Shown: positions 1 to 13,562, numbered from the stretch's first letter. The stretch: DNA of 64,000 nt from Haliotis rubra (GCF_003918875.1 NW_025767157.1:1922001-1986000), one strand, 5' to 3'. Notes: a model not told the origin generated them from the sequence alone. Made by a program: numbers and translations.

Positions 1-589
1 ACCATCAAGTGTTTGTAACAAGAACAGTCCTCAACAGGTTCTGTATCATGTCCCACACATGAAAACAATTAAAATTAGGTGGTCACCTCAATTCATATAC
101 GGTAACAGCAACCTTCAATTAACTCACATTTCAATTACTACACTGCCATCCATATGAATAAAAATATATAAAAATATATTTTAAAAACATATAAGGTTTC
201 ATCCAGTTATTGAATATGAATCTAATTTGAACTACTAAATGAAGAAATAATTTTACAGGAATCTGTTACCATAACATTGGAATTCACAGCTGTGGTACAA
301 ATGGAATGACTCATTCGAACAAGTTTGCGTTCCGAAAAACTATCATATTACATATTGTATAAATGTAGGTTAAACCTGCCAGTAGTTGAGTGAAAGGTGG
401 GAAAAAATGGATGTCAACAACCCTTATATTTCAGTTCATAATTCTGACACATGTTCATCAAGCTATCATGCTTTCACATGTTATATCTTCGACAAACAAC
501 AAAGTGTTGGACAACTTGACACAATAAGTGTTTCTAACTGTTAGCCTATGTAATGTTTGCTTACAATTACTACATTGTATACATTGGGC

Positions 590-645
590 ACCCACGTGAC
601 TTATTCACGCTAATGTTTGTAAACAAAGAGATGGGAATTTCCATG
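590..645. promoter_or_regulatory. Putative enhancer motif cluster in FoxO intron 1
   Basis: E-box CACGTG 593-598, FoxO site GTAAACAA 619-626 and perfect kappaB site GGGAATTTCC 633-642 within 50 bp, in CpG-retaining unique sequence. Confidence 0.45.
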
Positions 646-1208
646 TTAGCTTCACAAGCGGAGAGATCCCGTTAGCCCGTGTTGTTCATGTAACGAATTG
701 TTAACGCAACTGAAATCACACATTAATTACAATCTGTCACGGCTAATTAACGGGCAGTGTTGCAGGTGACGATCATGACAGTCTGAACGCATTATCTCCA
801 ACGACTTGATCAGAGTAACCGATGTGATATAATCGGTTGATTAATGAGTGTGACAAACGATCAATTATAAACTCAAGAGGTGTCTTTACAAAGGGAAGAG
901 TTAATTTTAGCGTTTGAGGAGACCTACAGCGAGCGAGGGGCGTTCTCTCCAAACATTCTACTCACGTAAACTCGTGTCCTGCAAGACGTGACCTTTAACA
1001 TAATACGGAACCTGAAAAGTGACGCACATCCCCCAAATCGGAAGTAGTGGTGACAGAATGCACGCTACTGTTGTTTTAGTATATACGACTATAACTGTCA
1101 ACCCGACATTTTCATAATATACAGATATATAAGTCACTGGCCTCTATGCAAACCTTCACAACCGTACGTTAGCTAATTAGGTCGGATAATATTGCACATA
1201 AAACTAAC

Positions 1209-1556
1209 CTTCCAGCCAGCTGAGCTCGTACTGTCGCCTTTATCTTTGAAATAAGGAACATTTTGTACCATCCAGTCGTATATTTGAGATAGAGTCAAAC
1301 GCTTTTCAGGTGAACTTTGGATAGCTTTCGTTATCAAATCCGCATATGATAAGTTTCCCCACGCATTTCGTCTTGACCCACTCTTTTTAGTGTTTAATCC
1401 GAGTGGATCTTTCTCCTTGTGATTTTCAGTGGAAGAATCCTCTGACACGGGGCTATTCTGGGCATCAAGAATCTCCCGATTCGGTCGCAGAGGCCAGGTG
1501 TTAGATCTTGCCCTAGTTTGAGGCTCAAAATTAGGATCTATGTCTGCAGCGTCCAT
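1209..1556 (-). CDS. FOXO: Forkhead box O transcription factor, first coding exon (gene continues beyond the left edge)
   Basis: [24 protein letters not shown] contains the AKT site RxRSxTWP. The N-terminal half of the forkhead domain ([16 protein letters not shown]...[30 protein letters not shown]-like) ends at a phase-0 donor AAG|GTTAGT at 1209, the conserved FoxO intron position after GWK. ATG at 1556. Confidence 0.97.
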
Positions 1557-1839
1557 CTTGCGTTTTGCAAATGAACGTAACACTTAATATCTAGAACACA
1601 CCGTGGTATTCGTCCTCAGCCCACATATTCCACACTTCAGACAAAGTTAAACATCCATAGGCTCACGTAATGGAGCTGCCAACAGTCACTGACACTCCAA
1701 TCTGCGATGTAATATGGTATCCTAATGCTGGCTAGTGAGCTATCATCCAACATACCATACGGCCATTACTTTACTCTACTACCTCGCTCCAGATCTTGGG
1801 GAGACCTGATGACGTATTTGTTGTCACGGGTGATTTGCA

Positions 1840-2030
1840 TACATGTGGTGGTGATATCATGCGCATGTGCGCAGTCGGTATCTGCGCAGACGGGAAACTT
1901 CCTCGCTCCGAGCTCGTCCTAGTTTCTCTCGCAGCTAACGTGACATTGGCAAATCATAACAGTAAGTTGGCGCGTGTTGCACGCACAGATTTATGCCGCC
2001 AAAAATGTGTAAACGTTATTGGCCGTGTGC
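1840..2030 (-). promoter_or_regulatory. FoxO core promoter region
   Basis: CpG-rich stretch upstream of the FoxO ATG with NRF1-like GCGCATGTGCGCA (~1862-1874), ETS ACTTCC (~1897) and ATTGG/CCAAT boxes (~1945, ~2018). Confidence 0.55.
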
Positions 2031-3599
2031 TGCTAGGGGAAAGGATTTCTTATATTCACTCGTGATAGTCCTTGAGGCTTTCACAATAAGAAAAAAAAAA
2101 AAAACTTGTTGCACCCAGACTTAGTACCTTTTGCAGTAAATATTATGTTAATGAAGAAGCATCTACCAAACTGCGGAAGAACAGATATTTTTTTAACAAA
2201 GATACGGTAAATGCACAATAAATTATAAGATTAAGTTCAAAGATTAATCAAGGTTCATATTTGTACCAACAGCATACACAAGTGAGTGAGTTATATTATC
2301 TTAAGCGGTGTCAGCAATATTTCAGACATAATGCGACTTGAACAATTTAAACGTAAATATTACTTTAAAAAACGTCCAACAAAGGACAGAAAAACAACCA
2401 GTAGTTTATCACAGAATTTAAAACTAGTTTAAATACTCGTAACAAGTTAACGACATATATGTATCGATCTACAACCCTACGGAACCGTAGACTATAAATC
2501 ACCAGGAAACTACATAAATAATGTCATTAAAATAACCAGCATATGTGTAAATTCTTTAAAAAGTGCGTTCTTGGGTTATTTCAGGGGTTGTTAATTAAAA
2601 CTACAAATGCACTGCGATTTAAATAACACATATATGACGAAACTGATTTAAAAGACGTACATATGAATATGGTCAAAGATATTGAATTAGGGCAGCCTAT
2701 CAGACACATTCAAGTGTTACAAAAACAATAAATTACATGAGTAAATAAGAATAATTATAACGTAGCGCATGCACATTGTGTCCTCTGAATTGTCATATTT
2801 GGGATGACAATGATTTCTTTTCCTGCAGTTAAACTTCGTTCCGCCGGGGAAAAAAACAACAACTAAAAAAAGAAAAAGAAAAGAAAAAAAAAACACTACC
2901 AGGCTACAAAAAAGGTCTTGCAACGGTCACATGCACCTACAGCCCATGTATATTCAACCAAAATGCCCTTGTTGTCGGACCTTTGACAATGTGACCTTGT
3001 ACAAGCACATTATTAGTGATATAAATACAACATAGTTGTGAACATGTATTGCTGTCAATATCACCTTTCAATGATGAATACGGCATTGGTCCTGGATCCA
3101 GGATTGGACAGTTCGTGAAATGAATATATTTTGTTGTCTTCTGTTATCTCAGTCATGATATTTACTTATTTTTAGAACTGAAGAAAGCAAATCTATTTTA
3201 GATATTTCAAAAGGTAGGAATCACTAACGGCAAATTGCGTACTACCAAAAACCACCAAACAAGTCATATCAAAATGTATCCAACATTCCGGCCGTAATTA
3301 CATGTAATAAATTACATTTCATTCCTCTTTTGTTTTGTTGCTGTTTGTCATGATGAAAACATATTTAATAAATAATTATACATAAAGGTTAACTGCCAGG
3401 CAAATGAAAGTATACAGTTATGTAGCTAAACATGAATCAAACACGGAATGGTTATTCGATGGTGATGTATTTAGTTAAGTTTTGGACCTTACGTTTGCAG
3501 TTTTAGGGGACTGTTTTGAGAAAGTTAACATCTTGATAAGGTTTTTATATTTGGGTACATCGCATTTTCAAGTGAATACTATTTAGGACGCAGTTAATA

Positions 3600-3689
3600 T
3601 ACTCATGCCAATAATGGGTGTCACCCCCTCCCACCCCAACCCCCTCCAATTAAAATTGAAGGGGGTGACAACCATTATTGGCACGAGTA
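3600..3689. mobile_element. Tiny palindromic MITE, TA-flanked (Tc1/mariner-like)
   Basis: TACTCATGCCAATAATGGGTGTCACCCCCT...GGGGGTGACAACCATTATTGGCACGAGTA, ~30-bp inverted termini, TA on both sides. Confidence 0.7.
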
Positions 3690-4552
3690 TAGAAACGCGA
3701 TCCCCAGTTTCAGAAGGGCATACGGGTGATAGCGTCTGCCTACATAAGTGCCCGTACGTCTTAGATCTATTTTACACAATAACAATAATGTTCAAGATGT
3801 ACATAGCAAGGTAAGCTGATTTGATGCTCATCTGATACAGTTTTGCTTCCTTCTGTTACAAGATCGTCTTGTTGAAACACACGTACAGACAGGCAGTACT
3901 GGATGGGTGATGTCTCTGACAGAAATGAACTGAAGATTATACGTTTGCTTCATATAATACAAACACACACACACACACCACGCTTTACAAATTTATTGAC
4001 CAGTAAACCTTCGACGTTAACACTGCACGCAACAATATATCAGCTACATGATGGAGGTATGCAAATATTAAAATCTGGACCAGACAATATAGTCATCAAC
4101 ATCATGAGCATTGAACATAATTAGGATGCCAGCCTGAAAGTATCATCATAGTGAAGAGCATTTTCTACAAATGTTTCTATAGTTATTAGATCTACTTAAA
4201 ACAACACTGAAAAAAGTCTATTGTGTAAACAATGATAATGAGGACTTACATACTCTCTCAGACAGTAGTAAGAGCTGGTATATTTCTTAAAATGTAAGAT
4301 ACAGCACTTCTATCTTCAAAGTCATCTCAATTACACATTGCATAATCAAATTTTGAAATTGCATTTGTTTACAGTTATTGTTTGTTTATTCAATCTGTAT
4401 ATTAATGACACATTGCCAGATCCTCAAATATACCATATAGATCATAGAGATTGATAACGTTAAATACATATCAATCAATTATTGATAAATATTGCAAGAG
4501 TAACTCTGTGGAAAATGAAAAAAACCCTGAAAAACATAATTCATACATCACT

Positions 4553-4714
4553 AGTGAGTGAGTGAAGTTTTACACTGCTTTTAGCAATATTCCAATAATA
4601 TCATGGCAGGGACACCAGAAATGGGCTTCACACATTGTACCCATGTCGTGAATTGAACCCAAGTCTTCCGTGTGACAAGAAAACTCTTTAACCACTGGGC
4701 TACCCCACTGCCCC
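4553..4714 (-). mobile_element. tRNA-derived SINE, family A
   Basis: Reverse copy of the GGGGTAGCCYAGTGGTTAAAG...GGTTCRATTC...GCTAAAAGC-G-GTAAAAC..(CTCA)n element, flanked by direct repeat ATCACTAGTGAGTG. Confidence 0.85.
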
Positions 4715-4976
4715 ATATATCACTAGTGAGTGGCGACACATTATTGCATGGATTACTAATAAAAACAGGGATCCAATCAAAATTGAGAAGCAGCCAATGA
4801 AGAAAGACATAATTGGAAATTCAAAACTTTAGTTCATCACAATAGTTTTTGTGACATAATTAGAATATTGATAATAGTTAATGATATTTGCCAATTCACA
4901 ATATTTCTGTTATCAATATTTCTAGCAGACCCTATATGAACCAATACTCACCGATATGTTTGATCTACCTGTGGAA

Positions 4977-7900
4977 TTAAGTGCTGAACTTGTCTTGATG
5001 TAGTAGTGATGACAAATCACAAGACAGTGAAAGGAGTTCAATCAGGAGCTGAGTTCTAACATCATTGTTGAATTGGAACTCCCTACCCTCATTACTGTAA
5101 GACAAGTGAACAACTGATGCCTTTAATTCCTACTTTTATTTATAAGTTATGATGTCAATAGTTCTCCAAAATGTTATGTTTTTAAGACATGAAAGTAAGG
5201 GGCCGTTCATAATTTATGGCCGGGGAGGAAGAGATGAATGGAGAAGCATGTACAAATGAATTAAACCCCCAATTTATGTACAAAGTAAGTGACACCCCCT
5301 GCATGTCACAAAATCAATGACCCCCTCCAATATTTTTAAGCATAATTTTAAATATTATTATGAACAAATTTGCTGACCCCCTAGAAACGAGTACAAAATT
5401 GATGACCCCTACCCCAGAACCTCCCCAGAACACACATGGGTGACACCACCCCCACACACATCATCACCCCCATATAAATTATGAACGGTCCCTAATAACA
5501 GCCAAGACTGTGAACATCTTAGCACAAGGAATAGAAAACAATAACTGAAAGTTGGGGATAACACAACCACATATCTTTTCCAGGATATGTCTATGAAATG
5601 ATGAAGTTCAACAAAAGCTACATGCTCTCTTTGACATTCTCAAATTGTCTCTTTGGTTTGAAGCTATGTAATGTGATATTTAAGTATGAAATGCCTAGTG
5701 GATTTGATTATCACCCCTAAAAGAGTAAATTCAGTTGTAACTTGAATCCTAGGTGTAGGAACACCCTGCCCTGTCAAACTTACTGCACATCCAATACATC
5801 TGTGGTCGATTTCAAGGTCACATCTGCAGCATAGTAAAAGTGGGAGAAGATTTATAGGAAGTAAAACTACAGCTGTGTATGTTTCCAAAACAAAATGGCA
5901 TAATTTCTCAAAGAGAAGGTTGTACACAACTAAGACTTAGGACATAACATAACAATACAGAATTGAAACTTTGCGAAAAGTTCAGGTCTTCTGATTCTAG
6001 TTTTCAGTAGATCAGTGTTGAACTTGTTTCTACAGGAGGCTTGTTTTTGATAAAGTATGTGTCAATGGCCATACAAAATCCAAGAAAGCAAAGGCATAAT
6101 TAGGGAATTTTTCGAACTGGTTTGCAATAAGGGATCATTAACAGTGCTTATCTGTTTACACAACATAATTTACACTGAATGTACTGACTAACCTTGCTCC
6201 TCCAATTCTGTCAGTAAATCTCCATCCTATAGAAGAAATACACATGTGTAAGGCCACAAGTCCTTTCAGATTCTTCAGTTTCTCTTTAGATAAAGATATC
6301 ATAAATCATCAATATTTTTCAAATTTGTAAATGAAAATGAAGAGTTTCTGATATTTTTAACTGAAACATCAACCAGAATGGAAGCTATCTATCCCAAACT
6401 CTACTTTCTTAAATGAATGTCTAGGTTTGACAATTTGCCCTTCCCAGAGATAAATCAGTATTCACGCTTGCATACATTTCGTTATCATTAAAAATAACAA
6501 TATCTAATAAACATTAATAATGAATATGTGAAAGAATGTACCTGGTACCCATGACCATGAAATGTTGAATTAACAATTTGTCGTACATGGATCTGTTGCT
6601 CAGAAAACATAATTTGCATAGATGTTGTAAAGTCCTTGACATGATGCTCCAGCTTTTCTCTGAAAAACTTTTCTGAAAACATAAAGACACACTATCAGAT
6701 TCATCAAATGGAAAACTCCTACAATGATATTGTCGGTTTTCTATGAGAGAAAGTTAAGACAAATGACATATTTGCACACTTCTTCAAACACATCTATCCT
6801 TGATATTCCAGTGTTAAAAATATACAAGGGCATCCTTGAGTCCTCAAGGTTTGCTTCAATACTATATTAATTTCGACGCCCAGAAAAACTAGGACTTTTC
6901 ATGTTATGCTGAGTAAGGACGCCTGACTTTCTTGAGTAATTTCTAAAGAAATTAATATCATAAAATAATGAAAACAATTTTATTATTATGAGAACCTGTG
7001 TGACATTAAGCAATTAGAAGGTGTCAGTTCCTCTGGGAGAGAATGAATATCTTCCCATGGGGAGCCCTAGAAGAAAAAAACACAAAACAATTGTAGAGCA
7101 CTGAATTTGTCAAATGTCATACCAAAGTGATAGAGAAGGTCCTCCACTTCATCCAATCCTTGCATGCTGTCATCTTCATTGTAGCTCCAATCTATGATAG
7201 GCTCAGATGGAGAGTCCTCACAGCTCACATCCTTTGAGACACCTTGAGGATTCTGTCTCCAGGATTTGTCAGAACCATCCTCTTGAAGACAACTACTGTC
7301 ATGGCTAGAGTAGCCTGTATCATTGTCAAGCTCAGCATCACAGGAGGAATTCATAACCTCACTGATTTCTGGAACTTCATGAAGATCAGCTAAAAGAGAT
7401 GACTGTTTCTGAAAATGACATTATTTAAAGCACATTAGACTGAGGGCAAGAATGTATGGATGTCAACTATTTGAGGAACAACATTTCGGAAAATACTCTT
7501 ATTCCTTTATCAAGTGAATATTTGGTGATTAAAACAATGTTTTTATTTTCACAAATTATCAAAAAATATCTGCCGTTGAGTGGTCTCAAAAGACATGGTA
7601 AAAGTGGTAGTCCATAAGGAAAATTCACACTAACCTTTCCTGACTAACAGACTATTTACGACATGATGACTATGTGTATTTTAGGTGTGAAACTTAACAT
7701 GTCATTATCAGAACTTTAATATATATAAAAGGAATACTTACAATAATCACACAAAATTGTCTGGTCATTAAACACAAGATGACACAAGGAAACCGCAAAG
7801 TCTAAATATGTTCTCTATTTCAAGACACTGATAAACACCTGACAATATCATTATCAGGGTCATTTTCAAAATTGGTAGGATTTTCAATTCTTTATTACAG

Positions 7901-10628
7901 TAAAATCAAACTCCTCAAAATTGATTTAATTTTTATTTAAATAAAACCTCAAACACTTAATTATTCAAAAATACCAACATGCAGACTGAAATGTACTAAT
8001 TGACCATTTAATTGATACATAAGTAATTACAAGGGTGGGGGACTGTCCTGACCGTTACCACTTCTTAGTCAGAATATGGATTTTGAAATATAATTCATAA
8101 AAATCTTTTAAAGATGGCAGACACAGCTTTTACACAGACTTAATCAAACTTGAAGATAAAAACTATCATCATGAATCTTGAAAGTGTTATTTTGTATCTT
8201 TCATTTATTTACTACAAAATGATAGCATTTTTCTAAAACATTATTATGTATATAGCTTTCAACAGGTAAAATTGTCTAAAATAAACATCAGCTACTAAGC
8301 CCAGAACATCTTTTAATGACACCAGCATAAAGAGGAGTGTTTCATGTATTATCATGAATTAATTAGAGCAGTCAATTAACACAGTAACGGTTAGGACAAT
8401 AGTGGTAATGGTTTGGACAGGAATGGTAACGGGCTGGACATAAGCCTTAAACAGTTTAATTCCACATAGAAACAGTTAACATGAAAGGAAAAATATGACA
8501 TCATTTACTTGAACTGCTAACCCTATTTTGGACAGACAGTGAAATGTGTAATAGAAATTGTAACTCGTAACTAATATGACATGTTTTCTTCCATGCTGTG
8601 GTAACGGTTTGGACATTTGTTATATCAATATAAAACTTGTCAATGAATTTAGGCTTTTGAATAAAAACAAACTGTAGCTTCTAAAGAATAGAAAAACATA
8701 CCTGTCTAGACTGAAAATCACTTATAATCTAAAGAAGAGTGCAATTGGGGAACGAAAATTGAATGAATAGTAACGGTTGTGACATTATTGGTAACGGTCA
8801 GGACATCAGTGTAACAAACAAATGTTATCCCTCTAAAATGTTGCAAAAGATTAAATTCTGAAAGGTACTGCAACAACTATGATACTGTACACATGGTCAT
8901 GCTACACAGGCCACTGCATAGCTATCATTTTGCTGTTGATATTATGGTGCAATATTAGTCTCCACGAAATATACTTCTTTCATTCACTTGGATACCTTTA
9001 GTTTTTGTTGATAGTGAGATGGTAACACATATTTATCAAATACAAAGGCCAACATATTAGCACTTATCAATATTCTAAGTAAATGGTAGTCTTACATATC
9101 TCACAAAGTCAAAACAGACTACACCAAAATAATCTTTAAAGGTTGAAATACAATTGAGTTGTTTACCGTTACTACATTTTGTCCTAACCGTTACCTTTAA
9201 TTCATAAAGACTATACATCTTATAGAAAATAGAAATTAACGTGATAAATTCGTTTTGGTTTTTATTATCAAAAGCAGATAGACAAGTAAATAGAAATTTA
9301 TTATCACACCATAGAACATATGCTTCAAAATTGAAATTTATTAAAGAACTGTCCCGACCGTTACTATTATTTGTCCAAACCGTTACTAGAGACTGTGTTT
9401 TTTATGCTACTACATCAAAACTCCTTTGAATAGTACAAGTCCATGCTTAAACTATCTTAACTCTTAAAGAAATTATAAATTTGTTATACTTCAAATATTA
9501 ATGAATAACTTTTTGAAATGCAAATCATTTTGTCCTGACCGTTACAAGGACTGTCCAAACCGTTACTTTGCAGAATGGTAACGGTTTGGACAGTAATGGT
9601 CAAGACAATTTGTAAGTAAATCTTAAATAAAAAAATGAATGATCCCTAAAAGATTTCAGAGGACATGCCTTCCACCTCTTCCATTTCTGGGCACCATATC
9701 CATTGAAATTTAAAAAAAAAAGAGATACATATTCGTAACATTTATACTTATTTGACGGTGTCAGTTTTCTTCAAAATGTATTGAATCTCTTTATTTCATC
9801 TGCTGTCACATCCACAGGGGCTAGCTCAAACAGACACAGGAAGTAGTATTACAATCCAGCTCCAGGGAGATATTATTGCAGGAATTTCATACACTGGTAA
9901 CAGTCAGGACACAGAATCACAGGACAAGCATGTGACAATTTGTAGAAAAAAACTTTTTTAAGTTAAAAAAAAATTAAGTGCAGTGTGAGTATGCTTGATC
10001 AATCCTTATTGGCATAATATGAATTAATTTGTCTATTTGCATTTATATTTACATTATTTGTGAACATTGATATTAGGACTGTCACCTCCAGACGGAGCAA
10101 ATCTGTCAATTTTGACTCCAAAATGTGGTTAAGTGTAAATTTCAAAATGACAAGACTAATGATATACCACATTTACTGACTAGTAAACATCTAAATATGT
10201 TTTTTTGAACAAAAAAATCCTTTTAAACTCACAGATTTTTTTTATATTCGGAACGGACAGAAAATCCTACCAATTTTGAAAATGACCCATCAATACGTTA
10301 AGTGAATGGAAAGATATGTTTTAGGTGAATAATAAATATGTACCAAATGTACCAAAATGTATCATAATGTGTGTTCAGTTGTTGTCAGTACTATGTACAC
10401 AGAAGTTGTCAGTACACTCAAAATTAAAATCTACCAATACAAGCTATTTGGAGGCTGTGCTGAAACGTATGTTTGGATTTTCCCAAGTCTCTTTACTAAT
10501 AATAATATCCCCGGATTGTTAAATAGAAAAGTAGTTAAAACGGTTTTGCGTCTATTTCTGTAAAATGATAATACCTGATAAATCGGATTCTGTCGGCTAA
10601 TATCCAGACTGTAACTTTCTTGTGTCAT
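4977..10628 (-). CDS. Probable orphan multi-exon gene (~220 aa, acidic/Ser-rich), function unknown
   Basis: Phase-consistent GT-AG exon chain 10575-10628, 7123-7408, 6542-6672, 6193-6226, 5784-5823, 4977-5094 gives MTQESYSLDISRQNPIYQKQSSLLADLHEVPEISEVMNSSCD...EDLLYHFEKFFREKLEHHV...DVRTQLLIELLSLSCDLSSLLHQDKFST*. A possible non-coding first exon ends at a donor CT|GTAAGT near 10879. No homology recognised; the exon set may be incomplete. Confidence 0.45.
5199..5492. mobile_element. PIF/Harbinger (Tourist-like) MITE
   Basis: TIRs GGGGCCGTTCATAATTTAT / ATAAATTATGAACGGTCCC, 3-bp TSD TAA on both sides, internal TGACCCC motifs. Confidence 0.8.
7857..10288. mobile_element. 2.4-kb non-autonomous DNA transposon, Sola-like
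   Basis: 29-bp TIR GGGTCATTTTCAAAATTGGTAGGATTTTC at 7857 and its inverse ending at 10288; 4-bp TSD ATCA on both sides; about 15 internal GTAACGGTYNGGACA motifs in both orientations; no transposase ORF. Superfamily inferred from GRG termini plus a 4-bp TSD. Confidence 0.8.
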
Positions 10629-10959
10629 TTTCCTTCAGGTTGAAACTTTGCGAACATCTGTGAAAAATTCAGTGCAGTATATTGATAGTGCTAATATCAT
10701 TAACATGTAATGTAAAACAGTTATTCATGGAAAACATGATGAAATCTAAAAACATTAATGGAACAATTAGGTAATACCATATATGATCATCCGAGCAGCA
10801 GCCGTCAAAATAATTTTCGTCTGCTATCCGTGACCTTGACTAAGTTCATTGGTCAAGTTCAAGGACCTTTATACTTACAGTAATAACGAAATACAATCTG
10901 TACATACCTAATGCCGAAGTTTAAAAAACGCGAAGAGAGCTAATGTGAGTAATTTAAAA

Positions 10960-11100
10960 AATAAATGTTAACGCGTAAATTTGTGACATACTGAACCGGA
11001 AGTGCAGTCACGCACCTGTTGTACATGCGCAGTAGCACAAGTTACAGTGGCGCTAAATACGATCGTCTGTTGCTGAATGAAAATCATTGGATTGTAAAGG
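10960..11100. promoter_or_regulatory. TEX11 promoter and non-coding first exon; probably bidirectional
   Basis: Local CpG island with ETS/GABP CCGGAAGTG (~10997), NRF1-like CATGCGCAG (~11024) and ACGCGT; plus-strand donor AAG|GTAATT at ~11100; minus-strand donors at ~10879 and ~10907. Confidence 0.55.
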
Positions 11101-11681
11101 TAATTTATTACATGACGATGCCAAATAACGATACAGATTGGGTTGCGTTTTCTCTGACGAATACACAATTACGCCAGAGCTATAAAATGTCCTTGACACA
11201 TTTGCGTTCAAACGAACAGGGAAAAACTTGCATCTAATTTGACTGGGATTTCATTGTCAATGTCGCCTAATATTCGAAATTCAGTGTGTACCACAGATAA
11301 ATTACACTCATAATGTGGTAGTTAGAAAACTTTTCATTTTGTTACATACATATATATGTTATGAATTTTGAAGCACACATTGTGTATATTTGTAACTGGT
11401 TATTAAAACAGCCTATGATTCTGGTAGTTGCCACCACCTCCATAGAACTGCAATGCTTGCTGGGGATGTGCATACACTGTATAGTGCTGGTGAGAACGAG
11501 AACGTGGCCTTGCTAGCATTCGTATATCTGTATGTATATCAATATCCAATCCTGAAAGAAGAGTTTCAATCTAGTTTCTTTTGTAAATCTGTCACTGTTC
11601 AGCAAGTCTTAATTATTTATGCTTCAGTCTCTTAAGAAAACGTCTAATATCATATGTTTTATCAGATTTATTTTTCAGTTA

Positions 11682-13562
11682 ATGGACATGTCAAACACTG
11701 CTGAAGAAATCATTCGTGAGTAACAATATATATAAAACAGCTCTTAGAATCATTTCCAATGAATTATGGGGCAGTGGGGTAGTCTAATGGTTAAAGCATC
11801 CGCTCCTCAGCAGAAGACACAGGTTCATTTCCCAACATGGGTACAATGTGTGAAGCCCATTTCTGGCTCCTGCCATGATGTTGCTGGAATGTTGCATAAT
11901 GGGGTGTAAAACTAAACTCACTACAATGGATCATAATGTTATGATGTGGATTATTATTGGTTGAGCTTACCAGACTAAATATAAACTATGATCAAATGTC
12001 ATCTAATTTTACAGAGATAGTTGACAGCATACTCAAAAAAGAGAATACAGATGATGGGGTGTGGCTACAGTGGCTGGATGAGGCATTGAGACTGATTAGT
12101 AATCTCCACTCAGATTACCTTGGAGGAATTGAAAAAACAAAATGCATAACTGTAGGTACTCATCTTGTTTCTTCTTGTAAAGCTTTTCACATTTATTGTA
12201 TCTTGAGAGCTTATCATTTGATGTTCTGTGAAATTTAGAAGATATTTTGATTTTACTGAAAAGAATTAATTGTTAACGAGAGATACTGGAAGTTTTGAAA
12301 TAAATGTGTTGTGAAAAAAAATTAAACATTTGGGGGTCCTTTCAAGGAAACAAATTTGGTGTTTCTAAGGAGGGACAAAAACAAGATACTATCTCTAAAA
12401 AAAAATCTCAGGCTCTCATAAGATATCAGTATTGTACACACAGTGTTTCAAAATTAAGCATTAAAGTCATGGGCACCCTCTCATATGCCTAAGGTTTAAT
12501 GTTTAAGGTTTGAACTATCCCAGACTGCCCAAATGTGCAAGTATTATTTTTTATTTTGAAGAGCATTTATGTATAATACAAGTAATGATATAGTCATTAT
12601 GCTATATTTCAGCTGGAAACTAATGGAGTGTCTTTGTGGAATCATGCAGTTGGGCTGAAGACAAAAGGTTGTTTGTCCACTGTTACCAATGCCAAATGTA
12701 AGTTCTTTCTACCATTATTAAATTATTAAATTGTTGTAGTGCCAAATGGCAAATTTTCAAAAAACATTTTGGGAAAAGAACATAAGGATACAATATAAAA
12801 CAGTAACCTTGTAGATGTATTTATGTCACAGATGGGATGGCAATTTAGCCCAGTGAAAGGCTCATCAGGCTGATTTTTATTGTTTGAGTCAGTGTATGTA
12901 CAACATGTGCAGGCCAGTCTGTGATAAAAATGGAATTTTGTTGAAAGCTGTCAGTGTAAAACTCAAATGGTTCACTGACAGACAGATGTTTAATTTTGTT
13001 TGAAAATTTGTATCCCCAAATTTATCTCTTCTTGCATGCAGTAATATTAATAAGTACAGTTTTATGAAATTAACTGTACAGTACTAATACCTGATTTCAT
13101 TTAGGTAAATGCTGAAATATTGCTGAATGTTGATATACTAACAATATGCACTTCTTGACTCCATTCATTTCAGTGAGGCACTTGTCCTTCATGATAGTGG
13201 CATTTGCCAACCAAGGAGTTAAGGATGAAGAAACCCTGAAAAAGCAAATTGTGGTAAGTACTAAAGTCTCAGTCTTCTAGTTTTATTAATATTATAACTA
13301 TATTAGACACCAGTTTCCTCAATAGGCATTAAATATTGTGCAAGCATGGTTTAGTTTTTAACCATCAGGAGGTACATGCATATTTTATGAGTGCTTGCCA
13401 CAATTATGCTATATATCTGGTCTCACACTTTTAGTAAGACACACCTCTTCAGGCAAGCCTTTGACTAGCTATTCTTATCTCACTGAATGACTTTTCTTAT
13501 ATCTCCTGTAAACAGCGCCACTGAGCAACCTGTATGGATGGAAGTTAGGCACTATAGAAATA

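Noticed and set aside
7857-10288. CRISPR-like short repeats with unique spacers
   Set aside because: Eukaryotic context, irregular spacing, mixed orientation, no cas genes, and enclosed by TIRs and a TSD, so these are transposon internal motifs.
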